Shown: positions 16,809-24,636 of the stretch, one piece after another
Position numbering within the stretch: position 1 is the stretch's first letter
Layout of the letters: every line of letters starts with the position of its first letter
NCBI RefSeq assembly: GCF_000015225.1
Contig: NC_008698.1
Coordinates: 690,001-722,000, forward strand
Reading direction: 5' to 3'
DNA length: 32,000 nt
From: Thermofilum pendens Hrk 5
GTDB taxonomy: Archaea > Thermoproteota > Thermoprotei > Thermofilales > Thermofilaceae
Made by a program: the position numbers and the translations under genes
Notes under the pieces: model-generated
Told to the model about the DNA's origin: nothing
Database searches by the model: none
What the model saw: only the letters and a program-made list of their open reading frames with translations

Positions 16809-17998
16809 GCCTGAAGCTCTCGCTGAAAAACCTTCTTTACCAGAAGATCCTACTGGCTACGAAGCTAGAGGAGGCTCTCAGCGACGAGAGTAAGGCGAAG
16901 GCTCTCTCAGACCACCACGCCCGCAGACCTCCGAGGCCTTGCGGTTTCACTGTTCACAGCGCGGTGGGGTGTACCTACTCGTGTAGCTACTGCTACCTCC
17001 CGGACATGGGGATAAGCTTCAGAGAGGTCCACGTCTACGGCCTGACAGGCGAAGAGGTCTCCTACGCCCTCCTGAAGAACCCGTACTTCCTGCCCACGCG
17101 GTTTGGCTCCCAAATAGCGGTCGGCAGCGTAGGCGAACCCTTCGCCTCCCCCGAAGCGGCTTCGAAGACAATGGAGTACATAGCCTCCTTCGAGAAGTAC
17201 CTGGGAAACCCGGTGCAGTTCTCGACTAAGGCCGTTCTCGACGAGGAAACCGCGGGCTGGCTTGCCCAGAGAAAGGTGCCCGTAAACCCCCTAGTAACCG
17301 TGGTGACGTTGGACAAGTACAAAGAGCTCGAGCCGGGGGCACCGCCGCCATACGAGAGGCTAGAGTCGATGCGCAGGATGAGGAAGAAGGGTCTCCGCCC
17401 AATGCTCTTCCTACGACCTCTAATACCGGGGGTTACCTCGGAGGAAGCAGAAGAGATACTCGAAGAGGCGAAGAGGCACGGGGCAGTAGGCGTTGTTATC
17501 GGGGGGTTAAGGGTTACCCCCTCGATACTAGCACGCCTGGAGAAAGCAGGCGTCGACACGGGGCGTATACGCGGAATGCTGAAGGGTGTGCAGTTAACCG
17601 CCGGGAAGCAGGTCCCCCTACCACTCGGGGACCTGAAGAGGGAGGTCTTGGAAATCGCGCGAAGCAAGGGACTAGTCCCCTTCCTCTCAGCGTGCTGCGC
17701 CAACAACTTCAACGCATACCTTCACGACGGTAAAAGGGTTCCCTGCCCCGGCCTCGACTACATAGACGGCAAATACTGCACCGCGTGCCCCGTGGGCTGT
17801 CCCTCGTTGAAGACAGAGGTCGATCCGGACGAGGTGAGAGAGATCATCGAGAAGTTCACCGGGGTAAAGGGGGTCAAGGTCGAGGTGGATGACAGATACA
17901 TAAGGGTAACCGGCGGAAAGGTGAGGCTAAAGAAGCACCACGTCTACCTAATAGAGACGGGTTACCGCAGGAGGCTGAGAACATCGCGCAACGTTTAA
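16805..17998 (+). CDS. Radical SAM protein (SplB/COG1533-like by motif context) with an extra C-terminal Cys cluster
   Basis: The CxxxCxxC motif lies in HSAVGCTYSCSYCYLPD. A second cluster reads CPGLDYIDGKYCTACPVGCP. The TTG start overlaps the thrS stop by 4 nt (cTTGA). Confidence 0.75.
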   Translation: MSLKLSLKNLLYQKILLATKLEEALSDESKAKALSDHHARRPPRPCGFTVHSAVGCTYSCSYCYLPDMGISFREVHVYGLTGEEVSYALLKNPYFLPTRFGSQIAVGSVGEPFASPEAASKTMEYIASFEKYLGNPVQFSTKAVLDEETAGWLAQRKVPVNPLVTVVTLDKYKELEPGAPPPYERLESMRRMRKKGLRPMLFLRPLIPGVTSEEAEEILEEAKRHGAVGVVIGGLRVTPSILARLEKAGVDTGRIRGMLKGVQLTAGKQVPLPLGDLKREVLEIARSKGLVPFLSACCANNFNAYLHDGKRVPCPGLDYIDGKYCTACPVGCPSLKTEVDPDEVREIIEKFTGVKGVKVEVDDRYIRVTGGKVRLKKHHVYLIETGYRRRLRTSRNV

Positions 17999-18043
17999 AC
18001 CCCGGCGAAGTTATCCAAGAGGCGAACTACTTTGCAGAACCCT

Positions 18044-18295
18044 ATGAGGAACTACTTAAACAGGCTTCTCTGGGATAAAACGCTGGATAAAAGCTCCGTT
18101 GTAGTGAAATTCATCTCGAGAAGCGCGGTGAGCGACGAGGGCAGCTTCCTGGGGACTCAGGTGCTCAGGGTTACGAGGGACGGGGTAGTGATCTCTGTGG
18201 AGGGCTTTGAGAAGTTCATACCTTTTACGCGGATAACAGAGATAGAAGAAAATGGTAGGGTAGTATTCAGCAAGAAGCTCGGGGTATACTTCTAG
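18044..18295 (+). CDS. DUF504/UPF0248-like small protein (MJ1316-type RNA cyclic-end recognition domain family, from memory)
   Basis: YLNRLLWDK ... VVKFISR ... FIPFTRITEIEENGRVVFSKK matches the LN-x-ILWD ... IP-x-HRI pattern of the ~80-aa archaeal UPF0248 proteins. The ORF track starts at TTG 18032; ATG 18044 is preferred. Confidence 0.6.
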   Translation: MRNYLNRLLWDKTLDKSSVVVKFISRSAVSDEGSFLGTQVLRVTRDGVVISVEGFEKFIPFTRITEIEENGRVVFSKKLGVYF

Positions 18296-18305
18296 GGTCT
18301 GCACA

Positions 18306-18322
18306 CTTTCTCAGCGAGAAAG
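18306..18322. terminator. Hairpin between convergent genes (ctttctc-agc-gagaaag)
   Basis: A perfect 7-bp inverted repeat with a 3-nt loop sits in the 54-nt gap between the DUF504-like (+) and gap (-) 3' ends. It is flanked by A/T runs (aaaataaaaa). Confidence 0.35.
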
Positions 18323-18349
18323 CTCGGGAGAAAATAAAAACCTTTCTGC

Positions 18350-19390
<1,041 letters not shown>

Positions 19391-19406
19391 TTATGGCGCA
19401 GAAGAC

Positions 19407-19417
19407 CCTTAAAAAAC
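19407..19417 (-). promoter_or_regulatory. TATA box for gap
   Basis: The minus strand reads gttttttaagg about 30 nt upstream of ATG 19378. Confidence 0.45.
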
Positions 19418-19640
19418 AGTTTTAACAATCAGCTATATTACACCCGGTCTCCCAGCTCTACTTCTCTTCCAAGCCTTACGACTGCTCGCCCCCTTACTTA
19501 TCTCGTCGTTGCTGTTTAACGAGGCTTCTTCCAGTATACGTAGTCGTGCCTAACCCTCGGAGTTGACGCACATAGTATTCGCCTAGCATGCCGGTCGAGC
19601 TTTGCATGGTTTCGTGCGTAGCGGTTAAAAAGAGCTTTGT

Positions 19641-19694
19641 GCTCAGACCTGCACGAGTACGTCACGGCTCCAGCCTTCCGAGCGTCATCACAGC
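19641..19694 (-). ncRNA. Box C/D sRNA candidate (both guides complementary to tRNA-Glu)
   Basis: The minus strand reads GC-T-GTGATGA(box C, 19691-19685)-CGCTCGGAAGGC-TGGA(D')-GCC-GTGACGT(C')-ACTCGTGCAGGT-CTGA(box D, 19646-19643)-GC. The spacing 7+12+4+3+7+12+4 is the canonical archaeal geometry. A 2-bp terminal stem (GC/GC) leaves a 3-nt k-turn bulge. C'/D' keep the GA/GA sheared pairs. A TATA-like element lies ~30 nt upstream and a T5 tract ~10 nt downstream. Confidence 0.62.
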
Positions 19695-19717
19695 GGAGAC
19701 ACTACGGAGCGCGCGGA

Positions 19718-19729
19718 GATAAACCTTTT
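19718..19729 (-). promoter_or_regulatory. Possible BRE/TATA for the C/D sRNA
   Basis: The minus strand reads aaaaggtttatc, centred about 30 nt upstream of box C. Confidence 0.35.
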
Positions 19730-19789
19730 GCACAGTGCAATGCGTGAAAAGTGGGAGCTGGTGCCCCGGCCGGGATTTGAACCCGGGAT

Positions 19790-19818
19790 GTCCGCGCGTT
19801 GCGCCTGTCTGCGCCGCT
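19790..19818 (-). other. tRNA intron 2 (29 nt, variable loop, about position 45/46)
   Basis: Removing it leaves a 5-nt variable loop AGATC. The relaxed BHB has helix C60-G92, C61-G91, G62-C90 (A63/G89 mismatch), bulges AG|A and AC|A, and inner helix G67-C88, C68-G87, G69-C86. The alternative boundaries I tested pair worse. Confidence 0.5.
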
Positions 19819-19843
19819 CTTCGGCTCGAGAGGCCGATATCCT

Positions 19844-19860
19844 CTCAGCCTCGTGCAGGT
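19844..19860 (-). other. tRNA intron 1 (17 nt, D-loop, about position 20/21)
   Basis: Removing it joins the D loop to the GGAT 3' half of the D stem. A relaxed bulge-helix-bulge can be drawn: helix C18-G38, G19-U37, G20-C36, U21-G35; 3-nt bulges CA|A and AG|A; outer pairs C17-G42, C16-G43 (precursor numbering from the 5' end). Boundaries are good to about 1 nt. Confidence 0.55.
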
Positions 19861-19910
19861 TGACCGGGCTAGACGACCGGGGCTAGGAGGCGAGTAAGAA
19901 AGACAAGGCG

Positions 19911-19921
19911 TATTTAAAAAA
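19911..19921 (-). promoter_or_regulatory. TATA box for tRNA-Glu
   Basis: The minus strand reads ttttttaaata, centred ~33 nt upstream of the mature 5' end (19883). Confidence 0.6.
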
Positions 19922-20048
19922 TTTGCGTTGTGCGCCTTTGCGAGTACACTGGTTAGCACGTTGCGCTTCGCCACGCGCGATGCGCTTATAAGCTCGGTAC
20001 CTAGTATCTAGGTGTCAACACAGGGATGGCGTGCAAGGTGGTTGATGG

Positions 20049-21326
20049 GTGTCAAGGGTCAGGTTCCTAGCAGTGTCGGACGTGCACGGAAAAGAGGACC
20101 TGGTGGACAAGTTCATTGAGTGGGTGCAGAGGGACAGCCTGCCGTACGACTTCGTAGTGGCGGCTGGGGACATGGGGAACCCGCAGAGACCTGGCAGCAT
20201 GTGCCGCATACTCAAGAAGATTGCGTCGTCGCTGAAGAAAAACGTTTACTACGTGAAGGGGAACTGGGACATAGAGGGCAGTTGCGGGGATCCCGCGGTT
20301 CTCGACCTGGACGAAACGGGTCCCCTGTTCTTTGGAAACATAGTGCTGGTGGGGCACGGGCGGAGGGCAGAGCCCTACGATATCCCGAGAGCTAACAATG
20401 TAACGGTGCTCGTCACGCACTACCCGCCTTACAGCATACTCGACAGAGGCAAGGTGATAGACAGCAATCACCGCTCGCTCCACGCCGGGGTCGTGGACAT
20501 AAACTACCTCATCGACGTGTACAGGCCGCGGGTCCACATATTCGGGCATAGCCACAGCTACGGCGGGCTCGACGTGGAACACAACGGAGTCGTATACGTC
20601 AACGTGGCTAGGCTTGATAGGTTGCTCAAGAACGGGGAGTCCATAGGGAACTACGCGGTGATAGACGTGGGAGGCTCGGGGGACGTCCGCGTCGAGTGGA
20701 GGTTCATCAACGGTACTTGGAAGAGGTGCGCCGGGTGCGGGCGAGTAGTGCACATACCGGAGAAGTGGGCGCTATGCAGGAGGTGTGCCCATAAATCAGA
20801 GCTGAAGTTCACCAAGATCACGGGGGTTCCGTACAGGGCGAGGCTCGTCATAAAAGACCCGCTGACGCAGAAGCTCGTCTACTCCAAGGAGGTGAGGATC
20901 CCGTTCTACACCTTAAAGGACTACCAGACCCTAGAGGAATTCGTGGACGCCGTGGTCCTGAGAGAGGCGAAGAGCTTCCTCTCCGACGGGTCCTCCAAGG
21001 TACTGGAGCTACCGAAGGACAAGGTCCTCGAATTCTACAACTCGAGCTCCGCGAAACGCCTAACGCCGTTCAGCGAGTACCTGTTCGCATGCGACGAGTC
21101 CGTGAGCGGCTCGAAGCTGTGCCTACTGATGCGAGTCTTCTCGGCTGACAAGCAGGCACACGTCATGTGGAAAATAAGCGAGGAGGCGGAGACCGGTAGA
21201 AGGCTCCTAGAGCAATACGTACTTTTCAAGGAGGAACAGGCAAGCATGCTGAACTTCCTCGTTAGAAGGCTCTCGGAGGCAGGTTTCAGGGTTCTAGCCT
21301 ACAGCCTTGAGGCATTGCAGGGCTAG
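20049..21326 (+). CDS. Calcineurin-like metallophosphoesterase fused to a zinc ribbon and an uncharacterised ~170-aa C-terminal domain
   Basis: The phosphoesterase motifs appear in order: AVSDVHG, AAGDMGN, GNWD, LVTHYPP, GHSHS. Then comes CAGCGRVVHIPEKWALCRRCAHK (CxxC-x12-CxxC), followed by an unrecognised domain. GTG start. Confidence 0.75.
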   Translation: MSRVRFLAVSDVHGKEDLVDKFIEWVQRDSLPYDFVVAAGDMGNPQRPGSMCRILKKIASSLKKNVYYVKGNWDIEGSCGDPAVLDLDETGPLFFGNIVLVGHGRRAEPYDIPRANNVTVLVTHYPPYSILDRGKVIDSNHRSLHAGVVDINYLIDVYRPRVHIFGHSHSYGGLDVEHNGVVYVNVARLDRLLKNGESIGNYAVIDVGGSGDVRVEWRFINGTWKRCAGCGRVVHIPEKWALCRRCAHKSELKFTKITGVPYRARLVIKDPLTQKLVYSKEVRIPFYTLKDYQTLEEFVDAVVLREAKSFLSDGSSKVLELPKDKVLEFYNSSSAKRLTPFSEYLFACDESVSGSKLCLLMRVFSADKQAHVMWKISEEAETGRRLLEQYVLFKEEQASMLNFLVRRLSEAGFRVLAYSLEALQG

Positions 21327-21349
21327 CGCCCTCCGCGTTTTCGTCGTAG

Positions 21350-22060
21350 GTGTTAGGCGTGGGTACGATCAACAGAGTTAGGCGCGAGATCTACCGGAAA
21401 CTCGTGCACCTGGCTCTTTGCTCGGTGCTAGCGTTGCCCTACTTCGCCGCACTTCCGCCGCCGCTCACCGTCCAGGTTTACTACGCTCTGGGGCTTCTCT
21501 CGGCCTCCCTCCTGAACAGCGTGGTTGTCAAGCATGGTAAGCTATTGGCAGAGCTCGAGAAGCTCAGGAGGAACGTAGATTCCTTCGCGGGTTCTCTGAG
21601 CGAGGAGCTACGCCAGCCGCTAGTCCTAATGGAGCAAACGATCGCGAGGTTCTACGAGTTCGTTTCCAGCCAGATATCGATCCTCGAGCGAGACTACGAG
21701 AAGAGGGAGGGCTATGTAGGGCTCCTCTATGGGATGATAGGTGCCTCAGTAAGCCTTCTCTTGTCGCCCTGCCTCACTCTCTACGGTGTACTCGCGCTGG
21801 CGTTTGTCGACACGTCCGCGGCGCTAACGGACTTACTGCTGGGCACAGGTCAGAAAACAGCGAGAGGCTCGGCCGTTGCCTTCCTGGTCTACGCCTCAGT
21901 GCTCGTAGCGCTGGGAGTGGATCCTCTAAGAGCGGCGGTGTCCTCGCTTCTAACGTGCATAGCCGAGTACCTTTCCCCGGAGGATAACCTCACAGTTCCC
22001 GTCGTCGCAACTACTCTAGCTCTACTCCTGGGTCTACCTCCCCGCTGTCCTCTTTCCTAG
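21350..22060 (+). CDS. Integral membrane protein with a ~70-aa soluble helical insert (weak resemblance to CTP-dependent polyprenol/dolichol kinase family)
   Basis: Several hydrophobic helices are present. An N-terminal YRKLVH motif resembles the RK-x-x-H of phytol/dolichol kinase-type proteins (from memory, weak). The central region KLLAELEKLRRNVDSFAGSLSEELRQ ... ILERDYEKREG is soluble. GTG start; the 3' end overlaps the convergent gene by 50 nt. Confidence 0.5.
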   Translation: MLGVGTINRVRREIYRKLVHLALCSVLALPYFAALPPPLTVQVYYALGLLSASLLNSVVVKHGKLLAELEKLRRNVDSFAGSLSEELRQPLVLMEQTIARFYEFVSSQISILERDYEKREGYVGLLYGMIGASVSLLLSPCLTLYGVLALAFVDTSAALTDLLLGTGQKTARGSAVAFLVYASVLVALGVDPLRAAVSSLLTCIAEYLSPEDNLTVPVVATTLALLLGLPPRCPLS

Positions 22061-24635
22061 GGATCTCTAGGGCCTGAATGTAAGGGCTATATACGCTATC
22101 GCTGAGATTAAGAAGAGCGCTAGTATCACTATTGAGGCTGCTTTCTTTAGAGAGTTCCTCCTCATCCCTCCCACCTCCAAGCATCAACGCGGCAAGGGTT
22201 ATAAATCCTCCTACGGCCATGAGGGTCTCGGGGCTCAGTAGAGTTCCTGCTCGGAGCGGGTTAAGCAGGGCTGTGAGGTTCCAGGCGAGCGTCAGGGCTT
22301 TCTGCGCGGACTCTAGCTCTTCCTTAGCCCCCATGCCGACGAATACCACTCTGTCTCCGTCGATTACCACTACCGTGGGGAAAGCCGACACGTTGAACGC
22401 CTGCACGAGGTCATCGCCGGCCCTGCCCACGAGCCACGTCACGTTGTTCTCTTCGATGTACCTCCGTAGCACTTCGTTCGTGTCAAGTGGGGAAACGGAG
22501 AGTGACACAACGGTGGCGTTACCGCTTTCTGCGATGCGTTTAAGCACAGGTAACAAGTACTTACACCCTGTGCACTGAGTGTAGAAAAACTCTATCACGA
22601 GGATTCTTCCTCTCTGCACGTCACGCAGGCTCAGGGTAGATGAGTTGTAAAGGGTTACATCAAACCGTAGGTCTAGCGTCATGTTAAGCCTCCTCCCGGA
22701 GATAGTCTTGTTCGATAGGATGTTAACCACGGGCTCGGGGTTGAGCCTTGCCAAGGAGATTTTTCCGCAACGCAGAATGAGGGTCAAGTTGCTGCCCTCC
22801 GAGAGCGCGAAGACACTACCTGTGACGTTGCACACAGTGTCCCCGCTAGAGTTAACTAGCAAGCTGTAGGCGTCAAGCGGCAACGCTCGCGTCCCGTTCA
22901 GCGGTAGTTCGAACTTCTCCCCTGTAGACATCGAGACCGCGTACACCTTCACGCCTTGAACACCGTCCCCCACGGCGCGAAGCGACACCTCGGCTCTCTT
23001 TAGCTTAAGAGTAACTCTAATCGGGTCCGTGAAGTTTGCACCTACGGAGATCCTTCCCTCGTAGCGCTCGTACCTCCCCGCCTCAACTATTACCGTGTAG
23101 TTTCCAATGGGGACGTTGAAGCCCGCGTAACCCCTAGAATCCGTCCTGGTGCTTACAACCTCTGGTCCTACAAGCTTTACGTTTGCCTCCGGCAGAGGCT
23201 CTCCAGTTTCGCCGAAAACCGCGACGACAACGCTAACCCTTTTTGGAGCCTCCCGGGACAGCCTCAGCTCGAGAAACGTGTCCGACGTGAGGTTTAACGG
23301 GTAGTCTACTGGGCTGAACCCTTGCCTGGCTACGCTTACCTCGTAAACACCCGGGGGTAGCTCGAGTTGCACTACGCCTTGCTCGGCGTTCCTCAAAAGG
23401 GGCCCGCCCTTTCCCCTAATGATCAACTGGGCGCCCGGCAGGATGTTGCCCGCCTCGTCCAGCACCCTGATGGTAAGCTTCACGCTTGTGATCTTGAAGG
23501 CGGCGACTACCATGTTGTCGCCGTATAGGCACGCGTATGACCCTTTACGAGCTACTGCCGAGCTCGGAGGGCTTGGTGCGATGCTCCACGATACTTGCTG
23601 ACTTCCTGTTTTCGCTAGCGCTCCAGTGTAGCTGTATACATCGATGTTTCCTGCCGTGAATACGAGTAAGTCTTCGCCGTCGCTCGCGACGAGGGCTCTT
23701 TCGGGCACCGTTAGTAGGTCCCGGCAGTCCAGGTTAGGGTTGCACAGCTTCAATGCGCCGTTGGAGAAGAGCGCTAGGAAAGAGTCGTTTCCGAACGGGA
23801 TGAACGTCCTTACGCGCGGCAATTGTTTCTTCGCCACTATCTCTAAGTTGGGAAGCCTAAAGACGTACGTGAGGTGGTCCCCCGTCTGGTTCGCCTGCAC
23901 CCTCTGAGCTACGAGGAAGCCCCCGAATATAGCTTTTACAGTCATTCCGGACTGGAAGGAGGCCAGCTTGGTGGCTCCATTCTCGTCTACGCGGTAAACC
24001 TCTATTTTATTGTCAGTGTACTGGCACAACTCGCACTTAGTGTCAATAGTCTCGGTTACCAGGTAGTTGCCGGCGAACCCCAGGGAGAATATTTCGACCA
24101 GCTTGTCGTTCGCCGTAGATAGGTCGCGCTCGAACACCCTTTTCCTCAGCTGGAGGTCTACTACTGCAAGCCTAGCCTCGGAGTACTTGTTATTATTGTA
24201 GACCAAGGTGTACTTGACCTTAAGCGCTAAAAAGCGACCGTCCCGGCTTAAGGCGGCACCTTCGACATAGTTCTCGTCGCTTCTCGACGTGGTAAAGGAG
24301 TCTATAGGGTCGAGTGTTGAGGCGTTCAAGAAGTATACTATCCCTTTCTCGTCAACTCCTACCAGTACGTTTCTCTCGGGCAATAAGCGTAGAAAAATCA
24401 TCTCGTATACTGAGACGTGCCTTCTAAGAATTTCCGTACCATTCGTACTAACCAGGCTGCAGTCCCCGTTTACGAGGCAAGCCACGTAGCCTTTCCCCGG
24501 CAAAACCTCGTACGCGCTTACAGCCGGAAAGAACACCCTCTGCGAAAACGCGAACGTAGGCTCCGCGTAGAGCTTCACTGCCGCAAGCAACGCGCCGCTA
24601 AGCAGGAGAAACACTATCAGTCTGTGTGTCCTCAT
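22011..24635 (-). CDS. Secreted, membrane-anchored multidomain protein: signal peptide, propeller-like region, CarboxypepD_reg-like repeats, TlpA/ResA-like thioredoxin domain (CTGC), TM helix, acidic tail
   Basis: The signal sequence is MRTHRLIVFLLLSGALLAAVKLYA. About 330 aa of repetitive beta-rich blades follow (DGRFLALKV, DGEDLLVFTAG). The repeats include LTIRVLDEAGNILPGAQLIIRG ... LELPPGVYEVSVARQGF and EANVKLVGPEVVSTRTDSRGYAGFNVPIGNYTVIVEAGRY. The thioredoxin block is ILVIEFFYTQCTGCKYLLPVL ... AFPTVVVIDGDRVVFVG, with the CxxC encoded at 22563-22574 and a cis-Pro motif. The TM helix is LMAVGGFITLAALMLGGG. Many N-x-S/T sequons are present. Confidence 0.8.
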   Translation of the reverse strand: MRTHRLIVFLLLSGALLAAVKLYAEPTFAFSQRVFFPAVSAYEVLPGKGYVACLVNGDCSLVSTNGTEILRRHVSVYEMIFLRLLPERNVLVGVDEKGIVYFLNASTLDPIDSFTTSRSDENYVEGAALSRDGRFLALKVKYTLVYNNNKYSEARLAVVDLQLRKRVFERDLSTANDKLVEIFSLGFAGNYLVTETIDTKCELCQYTDNKIEVYRVDENGATKLASFQSGMTVKAIFGGFLVAQRVQANQTGDHLTYVFRLPNLEIVAKKQLPRVRTFIPFGNDSFLALFSNGALKLCNPNLDCRDLLTVPERALVASDGEDLLVFTAGNIDVYSYTGALAKTGSQQVSWSIAPSPPSSAVARKGSYACLYGDNMVVAAFKITSVKLTIRVLDEAGNILPGAQLIIRGKGGPLLRNAEQGVVQLELPPGVYEVSVARQGFSPVDYPLNLTSDTFLELRLSREAPKRVSVVVAVFGETGEPLPEANVKLVGPEVVSTRTDSRGYAGFNVPIGNYTVIVEAGRYERYEGRISVGANFTDPIRVTLKLKRAEVSLRAVGDGVQGVKVYAVSMSTGEKFELPLNGTRALPLDAYSLLVNSSGDTVCNVTGSVFALSEGSNLTLILRCGKISLARLNPEPVVNILSNKTISGRRLNMTLDLRFDVTLYNSSTLSLRDVQRGRILVIEFFYTQCTGCKYLLPVLKRIAESGNATVVSLSVSPLDTNEVLRRYIEENNVTWLVGRAGDDLVQAFNVSAFPTVVVIDGDRVVFVGMGAKEELESAQKALTLAWNLTALLNPLRAGTLLSPETLMAVGGFITLAALMLGGGRDEEELSKESSLNSDTSALLNLSDSVYSPYIQALEIPRKEDSGEVDPGVELE

Positions 24636-24636
24636 T

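Larger units (their letters stand above)
19759..19883 (-). tRNA. tRNA-Glu(CUC) with two non-canonical introns and genomically encoded CCA
   Basis: The minus strand reads GCCCCGG TC GTCT AGCCCGGTCA[ACCTGCACGAGGCTGAG]A GGAT A TCGGC CTCTCGA GCCGA AG[AGCGGCGCAGACAGGCGCAACGCGCGGAC]ATC CCGGG TTCAAAT CCCGG CCGGGGC A CCA. The 7-bp acceptor stem, 5-bp T stem with TTCAAAT loop and 5-bp anticodon stem are all perfect. The loop CTCTCGA gives anticodon CTC (window 19828-19830). The D stem GTCT/GGAT has 2 Watson-Crick and 2 G-U pairs. The gene spans 125 nt including CCA. Confidence 0.8.

Noticed and set aside
9520-17998. AMMECR1 plus radical SAM as an AmmeMemoRadiSam system
   Set aside because: The two genes are 6.6 kb apart with unrelated genes between them. 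No Memo homolog is present, and the radical-SAM motif context differs from what I recall for that family.
19759-19883. Alternative reading of the tRNA as tRNA-Leu(GAG): stem CGAGG/TCTCG, loop CTGAGA, with a 10-nt canonical intron
   Set aside because: It needs a D stem with only 2 of 4 pairs, an implausible 40-nt variable region and a 10-nt intron. The Glu(CUC) model gives perfect acceptor, anticodon and T stems and a 76-nt mature body. I also rejected using AGAC (precursor nt 74-77) as the D-stem 3' half, because only 19 nt would remain for the anticodon arm plus variable loop.
19702-19974. 90-aa minus-strand ORF
   Set aside because: It runs directly across the tRNA-Glu gene and its promoter, so the tRNA explains the sequence.
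21350-22060. The membrane protein as a CcdA/DsbD-type electron donor for the neighbouring thioredoxin fusion
   Set aside because: Only one SPC-like motif (LLLSPCLTL) is present instead of the two conserved TM cysteines. A large soluble insert is atypical, and the genes are convergent rather than co-transcribed.
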